Source: Steroidobacteraceae bacterium (lineage in GTDB: Bacteria > Pseudomonadota > Gammaproteobacteria > Steroidobacterales > Steroidobacteraceae). From it: a DNA stretch of 54,445 nucleotides. The stretch spans positions 1 to 54,445 of the forward strand of contig JBILGD010000001.1 in the NCBI GenBank assembly GCA_044351225.1, read 5' to 3'. Below the pieces are notes generated by a model. The model had not been told where the DNA came from. It saw only the letters and a list, made by a program, of their open reading frames with translations, and made no database searches. Both the position numbers and the translations under genes were made by a program. Below, piece by piece: positions 17,949 through 27,643 of this stretch (position 1 is the stretch's first letter; each line of letters starts with the position of its first letter).

Positions 17949-20606
17949 ATGCATTACCGATCCAAGATTGCAATGAAATACGGTTCACTCGCGATCGTCA
18001 TGAGGGCGTGTTTCCGTTGGTGCTTGGTCGGGGGGCTTTTGCTGGCCGCAGGTTTCGGTCGGCCATCTTTTGCGACGACGGATGTGATCGCGGTGAGCGA
18101 TCGGCTGATCGTGACCGAGCGCATCGAGTGGTGTTTAACGCCCCGTGACCTACGCCGCGAGCAGTTGGGGCCGGAGACCTGTCGTTGGGCTCCACTCACC
18201 TCGGCGGACGCCCGACCGGGTTTCGAAGCGCGCGCTGCATGGTTGAGGTTAAGACTGAGCAATTCTTCGGCGGAACCTGTCGAACGCTGGGTTGAGGTCG
18301 GCCATCAACGGCTGTCCGAAGTGCAATTGCAGTATCGCACTGCGGACGGCGCTTGGCGTGTTCATGCGGTGGGCCTTGACGTACCGCTGGCAACGCGCAG
18401 CGACAACGCCCAACGCTACGGCGTGCTGCCGGTCAGCATCGCACCCGGCGACAACACGGATATCTTGATCCGGGTACAGACCACTACGCTGATGGTCTTG
18501 GATACCTCACTCTGGGCGCCGGCGGCCTATCGGAATCACCGCATCGAGACGGATATTTGGCTCGCGCTGTCGGTTGGCACCCTGATGCTGGTGATCCTGT
18601 TTTCACTGCTGATGTCGCTGATCACACGCGAGCCTCACTACGCCATGTTGTGCCTCGGATTACTTGGCGAAACAATCATCGAGACGACGCGTACGGGCTT
18701 CATGATGCGTTACTTTTGGCCCGAGACGCTGCCGTTCCCGGTCACTATGACGGTCATTGGGGGAATGTGTTCCTTGCTCGGTTTTTTCGGTTTTGTCGAT
18801 CGCGTGATCGTGGCGGAACAGCCGGCGCCGCGCCGTGATCGGCTGTTAAAGGGTCTGGCCGGCATCGTGCTGCTCGCCATGATTTACACGATTTTCATCG
18901 ACTACCGCGTGGGCACCACGCTTTGGTCAGTACTTGCCATACCGCTCATCTTGCTGCTTGCTTGGTCGAGTTGGCGGACCGCACAACTTGGTGAGAAAAC
19001 CGGGTATTGGGTGGTCATGGTTTTCGTGATCATGGGCACGGTCGGTGTGCTGCGGCTGCCGTCCGCGATGCTGCGGTTGCCGCCGACGCTCACCGAGGAG
19101 CTGATCTCGCCTATCGCCACGATGGTTGTGTCGACGCTGGTGATGATGGCGATCGTCGAGCGCGTACGACAGGTTCAACGCGAGTTGTCGAGTGCGCAGA
19201 CGGTCGCCGCCGCGCAGATCTCGTTTCTCGCACGCATGAGTCACGAGTTGCGCACGCCGCTCGACACTATCCTCGGCAATACTCAATTGCTGATGCGACC
19301 CGAGCGGCGCAACGGCGAGTCGGGCGGTCCGGAATCACTGGAACTCAAGAGCATTCTGCAGAGCGGGCGGCACCTCCTCGGCATGGTGGACGAGATCCTC
19401 GATTACGCACGCGGTGTGTCCGGTGCGTTGCACTTACGCAAGGAGCCGGTTTCGCTACCTGACTTCGTGGCCTCGATCGACACGGTTGCGCGCGTGCTGG
19501 CGATACGCAATCGCAATCGTTTCGAGCTGCGCGATCTCTCGACCGTGGAGAAGGCGTGCCCGACCGAGCTGCGGCTCGATGCGGGCCGTCTTCGACAGGT
19601 GCTCGACAACCTGCTCTCCAATGCTGCCCGTCACACGCAGGATGGGATGATTCGGCTCGATTACCGACTCGAATCTGTTGGCGCTCGGTGCTGGCGAATC
19701 CATTTCGCGATTGCGGATACCGGTGAGGGTATTGCGCAGGAGTACCAGGCAAAGATTTTCGAGCCTTTCGAGCGTGTCGGTCGCGGCGCCCGGTATGGCG
19801 GCAAGGGTGCGGGTATGGGGCTCGCCGTGGCACGACAATTGGTCGGGCTCATGGGCGGAGAGCTGTCGCTCGAGAGTGCGCTTGGGCGCGGCACCACAAT
19901 CGAATTTTCCATTTTGGCCGAGGAGGTCGAGGGTCGACCTGCGGAGCGGTCATCACCCGCGGACGACCCGCGTGAGGTGATTGGCTACGAGGGTGCGCGG
20001 CGCCGGGTCCTCGTGGTCGATGACGAGGTCGGAAGCCGCGCCATCGTCACGGGCTTGCTGCGCGCGGTCGGCTTCGAGGTGGATGAGGCCGAGGGCGGCA
20101 ATGAGGCGGTGGGCATGTTGCGCGGTGGGGCACGCTACGATGTCGTAGTGACGGATCAGTTCATGCCTGAAGGTGACGGCTGGAAGGTGCTGGAAGGCGT
20201 GCATGCCCTCGAAGCGACAGTTCCCTGTGCTCTGATCTCTGCGGCGCCGCCGTCGCCGCCGGATTTCTGGCCCGCGGAGCGACGCTTCGCCGCCTGTTTT
20301 CTCAAGCCGCTCGATCACGCTGGATTTTTGCATATCCTCGGCAATCTGTTGGGACTGACCTGGATCCGTGCGAGCGCGCCGGTGAGTACGCCGCCAACGG
20401 CGCCGTTGCTGCGGCCGGGTTCAGCGGAACTCGCCGAGTTGCAGGAGATGATCGAGTTCGGCGAGTTGACGGCGATCGTCGAGTGGGCCCAAAGATTGCG
20501 GCATCGCGTGCCCGAATGTGCTGTTTTTGCCGATCGGGTGGAGGAGGCGGCCACCGATCTTGATTTCGTGACGCTCAATCACCTTGCCGAGCCGAGTCCA
20601 CCGTGA
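17949..20606 (+). CDS. hybrid sensor histidine kinase, 7TMR-DISM type (periplasmic DISMED2-like domain, 7 TM, HisKA, HATPase, REC)
   Basis: Start set at ATG 17949 (or 17973, MKYGSLAIVM...) followed by a signal/TM segment. About 170-aa periplasmic domain, 7 hydrophobic segments, H-box SHELRTPLDTILG, N/G boxes (LLSNAARHT, DTGEGI, GKGAGMGL), receiver VLVVDDE...VVVTDQFMPEGDG...KPL. Confidence 0.85.
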   Translation: MHYRSKIAMKYGSLAIVMRACFRWCLVGGLLLAAGFGRPSFATTDVIAVSDRLIVTERIEWCLTPRDLRREQLGPETCRWAPLTSADARPGFEARAAWLRLRLSNSSAEPVERWVEVGHQRLSEVQLQYRTADGAWRVHAVGLDVPLATRSDNAQRYGVLPVSIAPGDNTDILIRVQTTTLMVLDTSLWAPAAYRNHRIETDIWLALSVGTLMLVILFSLLMSLITREPHYAMLCLGLLGETIIETTRTGFMMRYFWPETLPFPVTMTVIGGMCSLLGFFGFVDRVIVAEQPAPRRDRLLKGLAGIVLLAMIYTIFIDYRVGTTLWSVLAIPLILLLAWSSWRTAQLGEKTGYWVVMVFVIMGTVGVLRLPSAMLRLPPTLTEELISPIATMVVSTLVMMAIVERVRQVQRELSSAQTVAAAQISFLARMSHELRTPLDTILGNTQLLMRPERRNGESGGPESLELKSILQSGRHLLGMVDEILDYARGVSGALHLRKEPVSLPDFVASIDTVARVLAIRNRNRFELRDLSTVEKACPTELRLDAGRLRQVLDNLLSNAARHTQDGMIRLDYRLESVGARCWRIHFAIADTGEGIAQEYQAKIFEPFERVGRGARYGGKGAGMGLAVARQLVGLMGGELSLESALGRGTTIEFSILAEEVEGRPAERSSPADDPREVIGYEGARRRVLVVDDEVGSRAIVTGLLRAVGFEVDEAEGGNEAVGMLRGGARYDVVVTDQFMPEGDGWKVLEGVHALEATVPCALISAAPPSPPDFWPAERRFAACFLKPLDHAGFLHILGNLLGLTWIRASAPVSTPPTAPLLRPGSAELAELQEMIEFGELTAIVEWAQRLRHRVPECAVFADRVEEAATDLDFVTLNHLAEPSPP

Positions 20607-21451
20607 TGGCCTCGCGCGCCGATGTTCTCATCATCGACGATTCGCTCGTTGATCTGCGTGTGCTCATGGAGTTGATGACGCTGCGTGATCTGCGATTTTC
20701 GGTGGCTCGTGACGGAGAGCGCGGTTATCAGCAGGCACTGGTATTACAGCCCGGTCTGATCTTGCTCGATATCCGCATGCCGCGCATGGACGGCTACACC
20801 GTGTGTCGTCGTCTCAAGGCCAACCCGCAGACAGCAGCGATACCGGTGATATTTTTGACCGCGGCCACGGATCTTGGCGAGCGACTCGAAGGCTTTGCGG
20901 CAGGCGGCGTCGATTTCATCACCAAGCCCTTCGCCGCCGAAGAGGTGTTGGCGCGAGTCGGTGTACATCTCGAGCTCGCCGCTCGTCGGCGCAGTGCGCT
21001 CGCCGATGCCGCCGAGACTTCGGCAGCAGTGGAGGCGCAGAGCGTTACCAGTCTCGATGAAGTGCTGGTGACGGCGGCGCAAAAAATCCTGCGTGATTCG
21101 ATCGTCACGCCGCCGTCACTCGAGCAGCTGGCACGTCTGGTCGGCACCAACCGACGCCGCCTCAATGAATCTTTCCAGGGGTTTCTGGGTCAACCCGTAT
21201 TTGGCTGGCTGCGCGAGGAGCGGCTGCGCCAGGCGTATGAATTCGCGGCGCGCACCGATATGACGGTCGCGGCGATCAGTGACAGTCTCGGTTATTCGAC
21301 GGCGGCAAACTTCACCAAGGCTTTTCGCGAACGATTTGGCGTGACGCCGAGCGAGTTGCGCCTGCGCCGCGAAGCGGGGACGTTATCCCCCCCCCCCCAT
21401 CCCCCGACCCCGAGGGTGAGCGCTAGGCGCCGCCAAAGCTTAGTGCGATGA
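20603..21451 (+). CDS. response regulator with AraC-type HTH output domain
   Basis: REC: VLIIDDS...LLDIRMPRMDGY...TAATD...KPF. The C-terminus has a double AraC HTH (LEQLARLVGTNRRRLNESF ... AISDSLGYSTAANFTKAFRERFGVTPSELR). GTG 20603 / ATG 20606 overlaps the kinase stop (GTGATG). Confidence 0.9.
   Translation: MMASRADVLIIDDSLVDLRVLMELMTLRDLRFSVARDGERGYQQALVLQPGLILLDIRMPRMDGYTVCRRLKANPQTAAIPVIFLTAATDLGERLEGFAAGGVDFITKPFAAEEVLARVGVHLELAARRRSALADAAETSAAVEAQSVTSLDEVLVTAAQKILRDSIVTPPSLEQLARLVGTNRRRLNESFQGFLGQPVFGWLREERLRQAYEFAARTDMTVAAISDSLGYSTAANFTKAFRERFGVTPSELRLRREAGTLSPPPHPPTPRVSARRRQSLVR
21387..21398. repeat. C12 homopolymer (G12 on minus strand)
   Basis: 12 consecutive C in the 3' tail of the REC-AraC gene, 25 nt from the convergent desaturase stop. 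Confidence 0.95.
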
Positions 21452-22535
21452 CACCTAGCACGAGCGTGCAACGCAGCAGCTCGAAGGCGATCGCATGGCG
21501 TCGTCCTTCCAGCATCCAGCCGATGCCGAGTGTCGAGACCACGATCAGCGCCGCAGCAACGAGGCGATCGACGAGCCCAAGTTGCGGGGCGGCCGCGAGA
21601 AACCAGGTCGTGCCGATCGCCAGTAGCGCGTACTGCCCGATGGCATAGCGGCGCACGCCTTGTGGGGTGCCGGTATCGAAACGGCGCACGCTTTGCGGAT
21701 CGAGATGCGGCAGGACAACGCCGCGCCCGCCCGGCGGTTCGAACCAGCGCGCGAGTGCGGTGTACCATGAGTCGGCCTTCAAAGACTTCATCGCGAGGTC
21801 GCGATAGAGGTGCAGGTTTCCCCAGACGGGGTTGTAGCTCGCGAGGGGCTTGCGGATGCCGTACATGACCGGTTCGGTATCACGCTCTTCGGCGAAGGTG
21901 CCGAAGAGGCGATCCCAGAGGATGAGGATGCCGCCGTAGTTGCGATCGATGCAGTAATCGTTTTGGCCGTGATGCACGCGGTGGTTCGATGGAGTCACGA
22001 AGACACGGTCGACCCAGCCGAGTTTGCGCACGAGTTCGGTGTGTACCCAATATTGATAAAGCAGATCGATCAGCGCGACTGCGCCGAACACGAGGGGCGG
22101 CACACCGCAGAGGGCCATCGGCAGATAAAAAGGCCAGGTGAAAAACGCGCCGGTCGAGGTCTGGCGCAAGGCGGTCGACAGGTTGAAGTACTCCGAGGAG
22201 TGATGAACCTGATGTGACGCCCAGATCAAGTTCACTTCGTGGCCGAAGCGATGTACCCAGTAGTAGATGAAATCATAGGCGAGCAGGGCGATGATCCACA
22301 CCCACAGTGAGTTCTCCGGCAAGGTCGTGAGCCGCCAGTGCTCGAAAACCCAGACGTAGATGCCGAAAGTGAATACCCGCACGAATACGCCCGCGACCTG
22401 GCTGAGGATGCCGAAATTCAGGCTGGTCAAAGCGTCCGGGATGTCGTAGATCGCAATGCCACGCCGATGCGCCACCCAAGCCTCGGCGAGGATGGTGAGC
22501 ATGAACACCGGGATGGCGTAGACGATCGGATTCAC
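21423..22535 (-). CDS. fatty acid hydroxylase / sterol desaturase family protein with C-terminal membrane extension
   Basis: Histidine boxes HRFGHE, HQVHHSSE and HRVHHGQN. Several TM segments. 370 aa. Confidence 0.85.
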   Translation of the reverse strand: MNPIVYAIPVFMLTILAEAWVAHRRGIAIYDIPDALTSLNFGILSQVAGVFVRVFTFGIYVWVFEHWRLTTLPENSLWVWIIALLAYDFIYYWVHRFGHEVNLIWASHQVHHSSEYFNLSTALRQTSTGAFFTWPFYLPMALCGVPPLVFGAVALIDLLYQYWVHTELVRKLGWVDRVFVTPSNHRVHHGQNDYCIDRNYGGILILWDRLFGTFAEERDTEPVMYGIRKPLASYNPVWGNLHLYRDLAMKSLKADSWYTALARWFEPPGGRGVVLPHLDPQSVRRFDTGTPQGVRRYAIGQYALLAIGTTWFLAAAPQLGLVDRLVAAALIVVSTLGIGWMLEGRRHAIAFELLRCTLVLGVIALSFGGA

Positions 22536-22571
22536 ACGGACAATATAAACGACGCGCTACACTCTTCGTGC

Positions 22572-23132
22572 ATGCAGCCCCCCGGAATCACTCGCGCTCG
22601 TCGGCCCTTCCTGGCACCACTGTGGGTGGGTGCGATCGTACTGGTGGTCTCGGTCGCGCTGCTGTTCGCCGCGTTTCGGCTCGGGGCGCATTGGTTTGGC
22701 GGGACCACCACGGTGATTGTTTTGCGCCATGCCGAAAAATCTACCGAGCAAACCGATCCGTCATTGTCAGCGGCGGGTCACGAACGTGCCGCACGTCTCG
22801 CGACGCTGCTTGCACAGACTGGCGTCGCCGCGATCTACGTGAGCGACACCCGGCGTGCGCGCGAGACGGTCGAGCCGCTCGCGCGTCGACTAGACGTACA
22901 AGTCGCGGAGTATCCGGGTCGCGAAATCGACCACCTCGCCACGCGTCTGCTTGATCGTCACCGTGGTCAAACAGTACTCGTGGTCGGTCACTCGAACACG
23001 GTCCCGCAACTGCTGGCGACCCTAACTGGCGGACGCTACGTCACCCGTCTCGATGAGGACGAGTTCGATGGGCTCTACTTGGTCTCAGTCAACCGGTTCG
23101 ACCCGCCCGCGGTGCTCTTGCTGCGATATTGA
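22572..23132 (+). CDS. histidine phosphatase family protein (SixA/PGAM-like), membrane anchored
   Basis: Start moved to ATG 22572, because the track ORF 5' part overlaps the divergent desaturase. TM anchor, then VIVLRHAEK (RHxE catalytic motif) and VVGHSNT. Confidence 0.75.
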   Translation: MQPPGITRARRPFLAPLWVGAIVLVVSVALLFAAFRLGAHWFGGTTTVIVLRHAEKSTEQTDPSLSAAGHERAARLATLLAQTGVAAIYVSDTRRARETVEPLARRLDVQVAEYPGREIDHLATRLLDRHRGQTVLVVGHSNTVPQLLATLTGGRYVTRLDEDEFDGLYLVSVNRFDPPAVLLLRY

Positions 23133-23167
23133 CGCGGCAGGGGGGTCGACGTGGCGCGGCAGGGTGC

Positions 23168-23173
23168 TAGAAT
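23168..23173 (+). promoter_or_regulatory. candidate -10 box (TAGAAT) for the tRNA-Ala/tRNA-Arg pair
   Basis: TAGAAT lies 15 nt before the tRNA 5' end. TCGACG (4/6 match to TTGACA) lies 16 nt upstream. Confidence 0.4.
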
Positions 23174-23187
23174 CGCCGCCCTCGTGT

Positions 23188-23263
<76 letters not shown>

Positions 23264-23284
23264 TTCCACCCCTCTTTGGGGCTT

Positions 23285-23360
23285 GCCCCCGTAGCTCAGT
23301 GGATAGAGCGACCGCCTCCTAAGCGGTAGGTCGTCGGTTCAACTCCGGCCGGGGGCGCCA
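23285..23360 (+). tRNA. tRNA-Arg (anticodon CCT)
   Basis: Cloverleaf: GCCCCCG/TA/GCTC-AGTGGATA-GAGC/G/ACCGC-CTCCTAA-GCGGT/AGGTC/GTCGG-TTCAACT-CCGGC/CGGGGGC/GCCA. Confidence 0.95.
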
Positions 23361-23423
23361 TTACAGATTGCGGGCGCCACCCCCAAGTGCCATCCCCGTC
23401 CGCGCCGCGGCGCCTCATTCGGG

Positions 23424-23429
23424 TAGAAT
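23424..23429 (+). promoter_or_regulatory. candidate -10 box (TAGAAT) upstream of sucA
   Basis: GGTAGAATG lies 38 nt before the sucA ATG. No convincing -35 hexamer. Confidence 0.3.
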
Positions 23430-23466
23430 GCGGACTCTTTGCAGAGTTTCGGGGGTTTTCTTTCGC

Positions 23467-26406
23467 ATGGGCGCCACGCGCAGCGATCAGCTCGCTACCT
23501 CTCCGCTTTACGGCAGCAATGCCGACTACGTCGAATCACTCTACGAGCAGTATCTGGTCGATCCATCCGGGGTAAGCCCGGCGTGGCGCGAATACTTCGC
23601 CTCGCTGCCGCGACCCGCCGCACCCGAGGCGTCCCATCGGGCCATTCAGGATGCGATCGCCGCACGCGCTCAGGCAGCGCGACAGGTCGGGGTTGCCGTC
23701 GCTGCAGCCCTTGAGGGTGATGCGGGCGCCAAGCAAGGTGCCGTGTCGCGCCTCGTGCAGATCTATGCGAACCGCGGGCATCTGGTCGCCAAGCTCGATC
23801 CGCTCGGCCTCATGCAGCGCGAGCGTCCACGCGTGCTTGATCTCTCATACTTCGGGCTCACTCAGGCCGATCTCGATACACCGTTCTTGACCGGTAGCCG
23901 CGTCGACAATGTCCCGGGGCGCGCCAAGCTCCGTGAAATCATCGCCACGCTCGAGCATGTGTATTGCGGTTCGGTCGGTGCCGAGTTTGCGCATGTCTCG
24001 AACACCGAGGAGCGTCTGTGGCTGCAGGACCAGTTCCAGTCCGGTCGCATGCATCATGTGTTCTCGGCCGAGGAGCGCAAGAATATTCTTTGGCAGCTGA
24101 CGGCGGCCGAGGGTCTCGAGCGCTATCTGCACACCAAATACGTTGGTCAAAAACGCTTCTCTCTGGAGGGCGGCGACTCGCTCATTCCGCTGCTCGATGA
24201 TCTCATCCAGACCGCAGGTAGTGCAGGCGTCGAAGAATTCGTCATCGGCATGGCGCATCGCGGCCGCTTGAACGTGCTCGTCAATGTGCTCGGCAAGGCA
24301 CCCTCGGTGCTCTTCTCGGAGTTCGAGGGCAAGTACGACACCTCGCAGATCAAGGGCTCGGGCGACGTCAAATACCACAAGGGATTCTCGGCCGATTTGC
24401 GCACGCCGGGCGGCAACGTTCACGTGGGTCTTGCATTCAATCCATCGCACCTCGAAGTGGTGAACCCGGTCGTCGAAGGGTCGGTGCGTGCGCGTCAGGA
24501 GCGTCGCAACGATACGCTCGGCGAGCGCGTAGTCCCCTGTCTGATCCACGGCGACTCCGCCTTCGGTGGCCAGGGCGTCGTCATGGAGACCATGCAACTT
24601 TCACAGGCGCGTGGCTATTACACCGGCGGTACGCTGCACATCGTGGTCAACAATCAGGTGGGTTTCACCACCTCGCGCCCCGAGGACATGCGTTCGACAA
24701 TGTACTGCTCGGACGTCGCCAAGATGCTCGAGGCGCCGATTTTCCATGTCAACGGCGATGACCCCGAGGCTGTGGTGTTCGTGGCGCGTCTCGCAATGCA
24801 ATATCGCCAGCGCTTCCACAAGGATGTCGTGATCGATCTCGTCTGTTATCGACGGCTCGGTCATAACGAGGCTGACGAGCCAGCGGCAACGCAGCCGGTG
24901 ATGTACAACGTTATCCGCAAGCATCCGACCACGCGCAAGCTGTACGCCGATCGACTGGTCGCCGATGGCGTGCTCACGCCCTTCGAGGCCGACGGGTTCG
25001 TCGAGCAGTATCGAGCGGGTCTCGATGAAGGCCGGCCGCAGGCCAAAGCCTCGCTAGGCATGATCGGCAACAAATACACCGTCGACTGGAGCACCTACAT
25101 GCGCGGCGCCGATTGGGCGGCGCCTGTTCGGTCCGCCGTCGACAAGGCGCGATTGCAGGCGCTCGGTGCTCGCTTGGTCGCCATACCGCAGGGGCATGTG
25201 CTGCACCCGCGTGTGCAGCAGGTGATCAACAATCGCGCCAAGATGGTGGCAGGAGAGCTGCCGCTCGACTGGGGCTGCGCCGAGTCGCTGGCCTATGCAA
25301 GCTTGCTCGAGGATGGCTACGCGGTGCGCATCTCGGGGCAGGACTCCGGACGCGGTACCTTCTTCCATCGACATGCCGTGCTGCACGAACAGACCACCGG
25401 CGCGATCCACGTGCCGTTGCAGCATATCGCCGAGCGGCAGCCGCGCTTCGAGGTGATCGATTCGGTGCTCTCGGAGGAAGCCGTGCTCGCTTTCGAGTAC
25501 GGTTATTCGCAGACCGACCCCGGCGTGCTCGTCATCTGGGAGGCGCAGTTCGGTGATTTTGCGAACGGCGCACAGGTGATCATCGATCAGTTCATCAGCT
25601 CCGGTGAATCGAAGTGGGGCCGCTTCTGCGGGCTCACGCTGTTCCTGCCGCATGGTTATGAGGGGCAGGGACCCGAGCACTCGTCGGCGCGTCTCGAGCG
25701 CTTCCTGCAACTCTGCGCCGAAGCGAACATGTCGGTTTGCGTCCCTTCGACGCCGGCGCAGATGTTCCACATGCTGCGTCGCCAGATGCTGCGCGAGTTC
25801 CGCAAGCCGCTCGTGGTGATGACGCCAAAAAGTCTGCTGCGTCATGAACTATCGGTGTCTTCGCTCGACGAACTCGCCAAGGGTTCATTCCAGAACATCA
25901 TCGACGAAGTTGATGTGATGGAGCGCGAGGGTGTACGGCGCGTCGTCTTCTCGAGCGGCAAGGTTTATTTTGATCTGCTGCGGGCACGTCGTGCGTCGGG
26001 TCAAAACGACGTGGCGCTCGTTCGTCTCGAGCAGATCTATCCGTTTCCGGCCGAGGAATACGCCGCCGTGCTTGCGCGCTACCCGAACGCCCGCGAAATC
26101 GTCTGGTGTCAGGAAGAACCGCAGAATCAGGGCGCGTGGTACCAGATCCGCCATCGTCTCGAGCGACCGCTTGGGCCGGATCGCGCCTTGCTTTATGCAG
26201 GTCGCGCGCCCGCTGCGGCACCCGCCACCGGCATCGGCAAGATTCACGATGTCGAGCAGGCGGGCCTCGTGAACGCCGCGCTCAAGTCGCCGCCTCGCGA
26301 ACACGATACGCGGATCACCAAGCGTCTCGCTGAAGTGCCCGCGGCCACGCCCGATGCCAAAGAAGAGCCTGCGCGCGCCGCCACCGGCGGACGCCGCAAG
26401 CGTTGA
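23467..26406 (+). CDS. sucA: 2-oxoglutarate dehydrogenase E1 component
   Basis: Start at ATG 23467 ([30 protein letters not shown] is the canonical E1o N-terminus). Collinear E1o blocks throughout ([50 protein letters not shown]). Confidence 0.95.
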   Translation: MGATRSDQLATSPLYGSNADYVESLYEQYLVDPSGVSPAWREYFASLPRPAAPEASHRAIQDAIAARAQAARQVGVAVAAALEGDAGAKQGAVSRLVQIYANRGHLVAKLDPLGLMQRERPRVLDLSYFGLTQADLDTPFLTGSRVDNVPGRAKLREIIATLEHVYCGSVGAEFAHVSNTEERLWLQDQFQSGRMHHVFSAEERKNILWQLTAAEGLERYLHTKYVGQKRFSLEGGDSLIPLLDDLIQTAGSAGVEEFVIGMAHRGRLNVLVNVLGKAPSVLFSEFEGKYDTSQIKGSGDVKYHKGFSADLRTPGGNVHVGLAFNPSHLEVVNPVVEGSVRARQERRNDTLGERVVPCLIHGDSAFGGQGVVMETMQLSQARGYYTGGTLHIVVNNQVGFTTSRPEDMRSTMYCSDVAKMLEAPIFHVNGDDPEAVVFVARLAMQYRQRFHKDVVIDLVCYRRLGHNEADEPAATQPVMYNVIRKHPTTRKLYADRLVADGVLTPFEADGFVEQYRAGLDEGRPQAKASLGMIGNKYTVDWSTYMRGADWAAPVRSAVDKARLQALGARLVAIPQGHVLHPRVQQVINNRAKMVAGELPLDWGCAESLAYASLLEDGYAVRISGQDSGRGTFFHRHAVLHEQTTGAIHVPLQHIAERQPRFEVIDSVLSEEAVLAFEYGYSQTDPGVLVIWEAQFGDFANGAQVIIDQFISSGESKWGRFCGLTLFLPHGYEGQGPEHSSARLERFLQLCAEANMSVCVPSTPAQMFHMLRRQMLREFRKPLVVMTPKSLLRHELSVSSLDELAKGSFQNIIDEVDVMEREGVRRVVFSSGKVYFDLLRARRASGQNDVALVRLEQIYPFPAEEYAAVLARYPNAREIVWCQEEPQNQGAWYQIRHRLERPLGPDRALLYAGRAPAAAPATGIGKIHDVEQAGLVNAALKSPPREHDTRITKRLAEVPAATPDAKEEPARAATGGRRKR

Positions 26407-26422
26407 TCAGGAAACACTCGAA

Positions 26423-27628
26423 ATGACCATGGAAATCCGCGTTCCCCAACTCCCCGAATCGGTCGCCGATGCGACCCTGGTCGCCTGGCGCAAGCAGCCG
26501 GGCGAGAGCGTAAGCCGCGATGAAAACCTCGCCGATCTCGAGACCGACAAGGTCGTGCTCGAGGTGCCGGCGCCCGCGGCGGGCGTCATCAAAGAATACA
26601 AGGTGCAGCAGGGCGCGACTGTCAAAAGCGGTGATCTGCTGGCGATTTTCGAGCCGGGTGGAGCCGCAGCCAGCGCCGCCAAGTCCGCGCCGGCGGCTGC
26701 TGCGGCGACGGCGCCCGCGGCGGCTGCCAAGGGTGCCTCGGCCGAGAAGCTGAGTCCCGCGGTGCGCCGCGTCGTCGAAGAAACGGGCGTCGACCCGTCG
26801 GCGGTGACGGGCTCGGGCCGTGATGGGCGTTTGACCAAATCGGATGTGGTGGCGGCTGCGTCGACGCGCAAGGCGCCTGCGCCGAGCCCGGCGGTCACCG
26901 CGCCTGCGGTGGCAACGCCGGCGGGGCCGCGTGCCGAGCAGCGCGTACCGATGACGCGACTGCGGCAGCGCATCGCCGAGCGTCTGGTGCAGGCGCAGCA
27001 GACCGCCGCGCTGCTTACCACCTTCAATGAAGTCGATCTGACTGCGGTCAATGAATTGCGCGCGCGTCACAAGGACCGATTCGAAAAGCAGCACGGCGTG
27101 AAGCTCGGCTTCATGTCGTTCTTCGTCACGGCGAGCATCGAGGCGCTGCGCAAGTTTCCGGTGATGAACGCGGCCGTCGATGGCAGCGACATCATCTACC
27201 ACGAGTTCTATGACATTGGTGTCGCGGTTTCGACAGATCGTGGTCTCGTCGTGCCGGTGCTACGGAATGCCGAAGCGCTGGGTTTTGCCGAGATTGAGCG
27301 GCGTATCAATGATTACGGGACGCGCGCGCGCGCCGGTGGCCTCGCGCTCGAGGATCTGCAGGGCGGGACTTTCACCATCACCAATGGTGGTGTTTTCGGT
27401 TCCTTGCTCTCGACGCCGATCGTCAATGCGCCGCAGAGCGCGATTCTCGGCATGCACAAGATCCAGGAGCGTCCGGTTGTGGTGAACGGGCAGATCGTGG
27501 TCCGCCCGATGATGTACCTCGCGGTGAGCTACGACCATCGCATCATCGATGGTCGCGAGGCGGTTCAGTTCCTGGTGGCGATCAAGGATGCACTCGAGGA
27601 TCCGGGTCGCATGCTGCTCGGACTTTGA
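26423..27628 (+). CDS. sucB: dihydrolipoyllysine-residue succinyltransferase E2 component
   Basis: Single lipoyl domain with LETDKV, an Ala/Pro linker, an E3-binding domain ([33 protein letters not shown]), and a catalytic domain with SYDHRIIDG. Start 26423 or 26429. Confidence 0.95.
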   Translation: MTMEIRVPQLPESVADATLVAWRKQPGESVSRDENLADLETDKVVLEVPAPAAGVIKEYKVQQGATVKSGDLLAIFEPGGAAASAAKSAPAAAAATAPAAAAKGASAEKLSPAVRRVVEETGVDPSAVTGSGRDGRLTKSDVVAAASTRKAPAPSPAVTAPAVATPAGPRAEQRVPMTRLRQRIAERLVQAQQTAALLTTFNEVDLTAVNELRARHKDRFEKQHGVKLGFMSFFVTASIEALRKFPVMNAAVDGSDIIYHEFYDIGVAVSTDRGLVVPVLRNAEALGFAEIERRINDYGTRARAGGLALEDLQGGTFTITNGGVFGSLLSTPIVNAPQSAILGMHKIQERPVVVNGQIVVRPMMYLAVSYDHRIIDGREAVQFLVAIKDALEDPGRMLLGL

Positions 27629-27643
27629 GGACGGGTGACGCAC

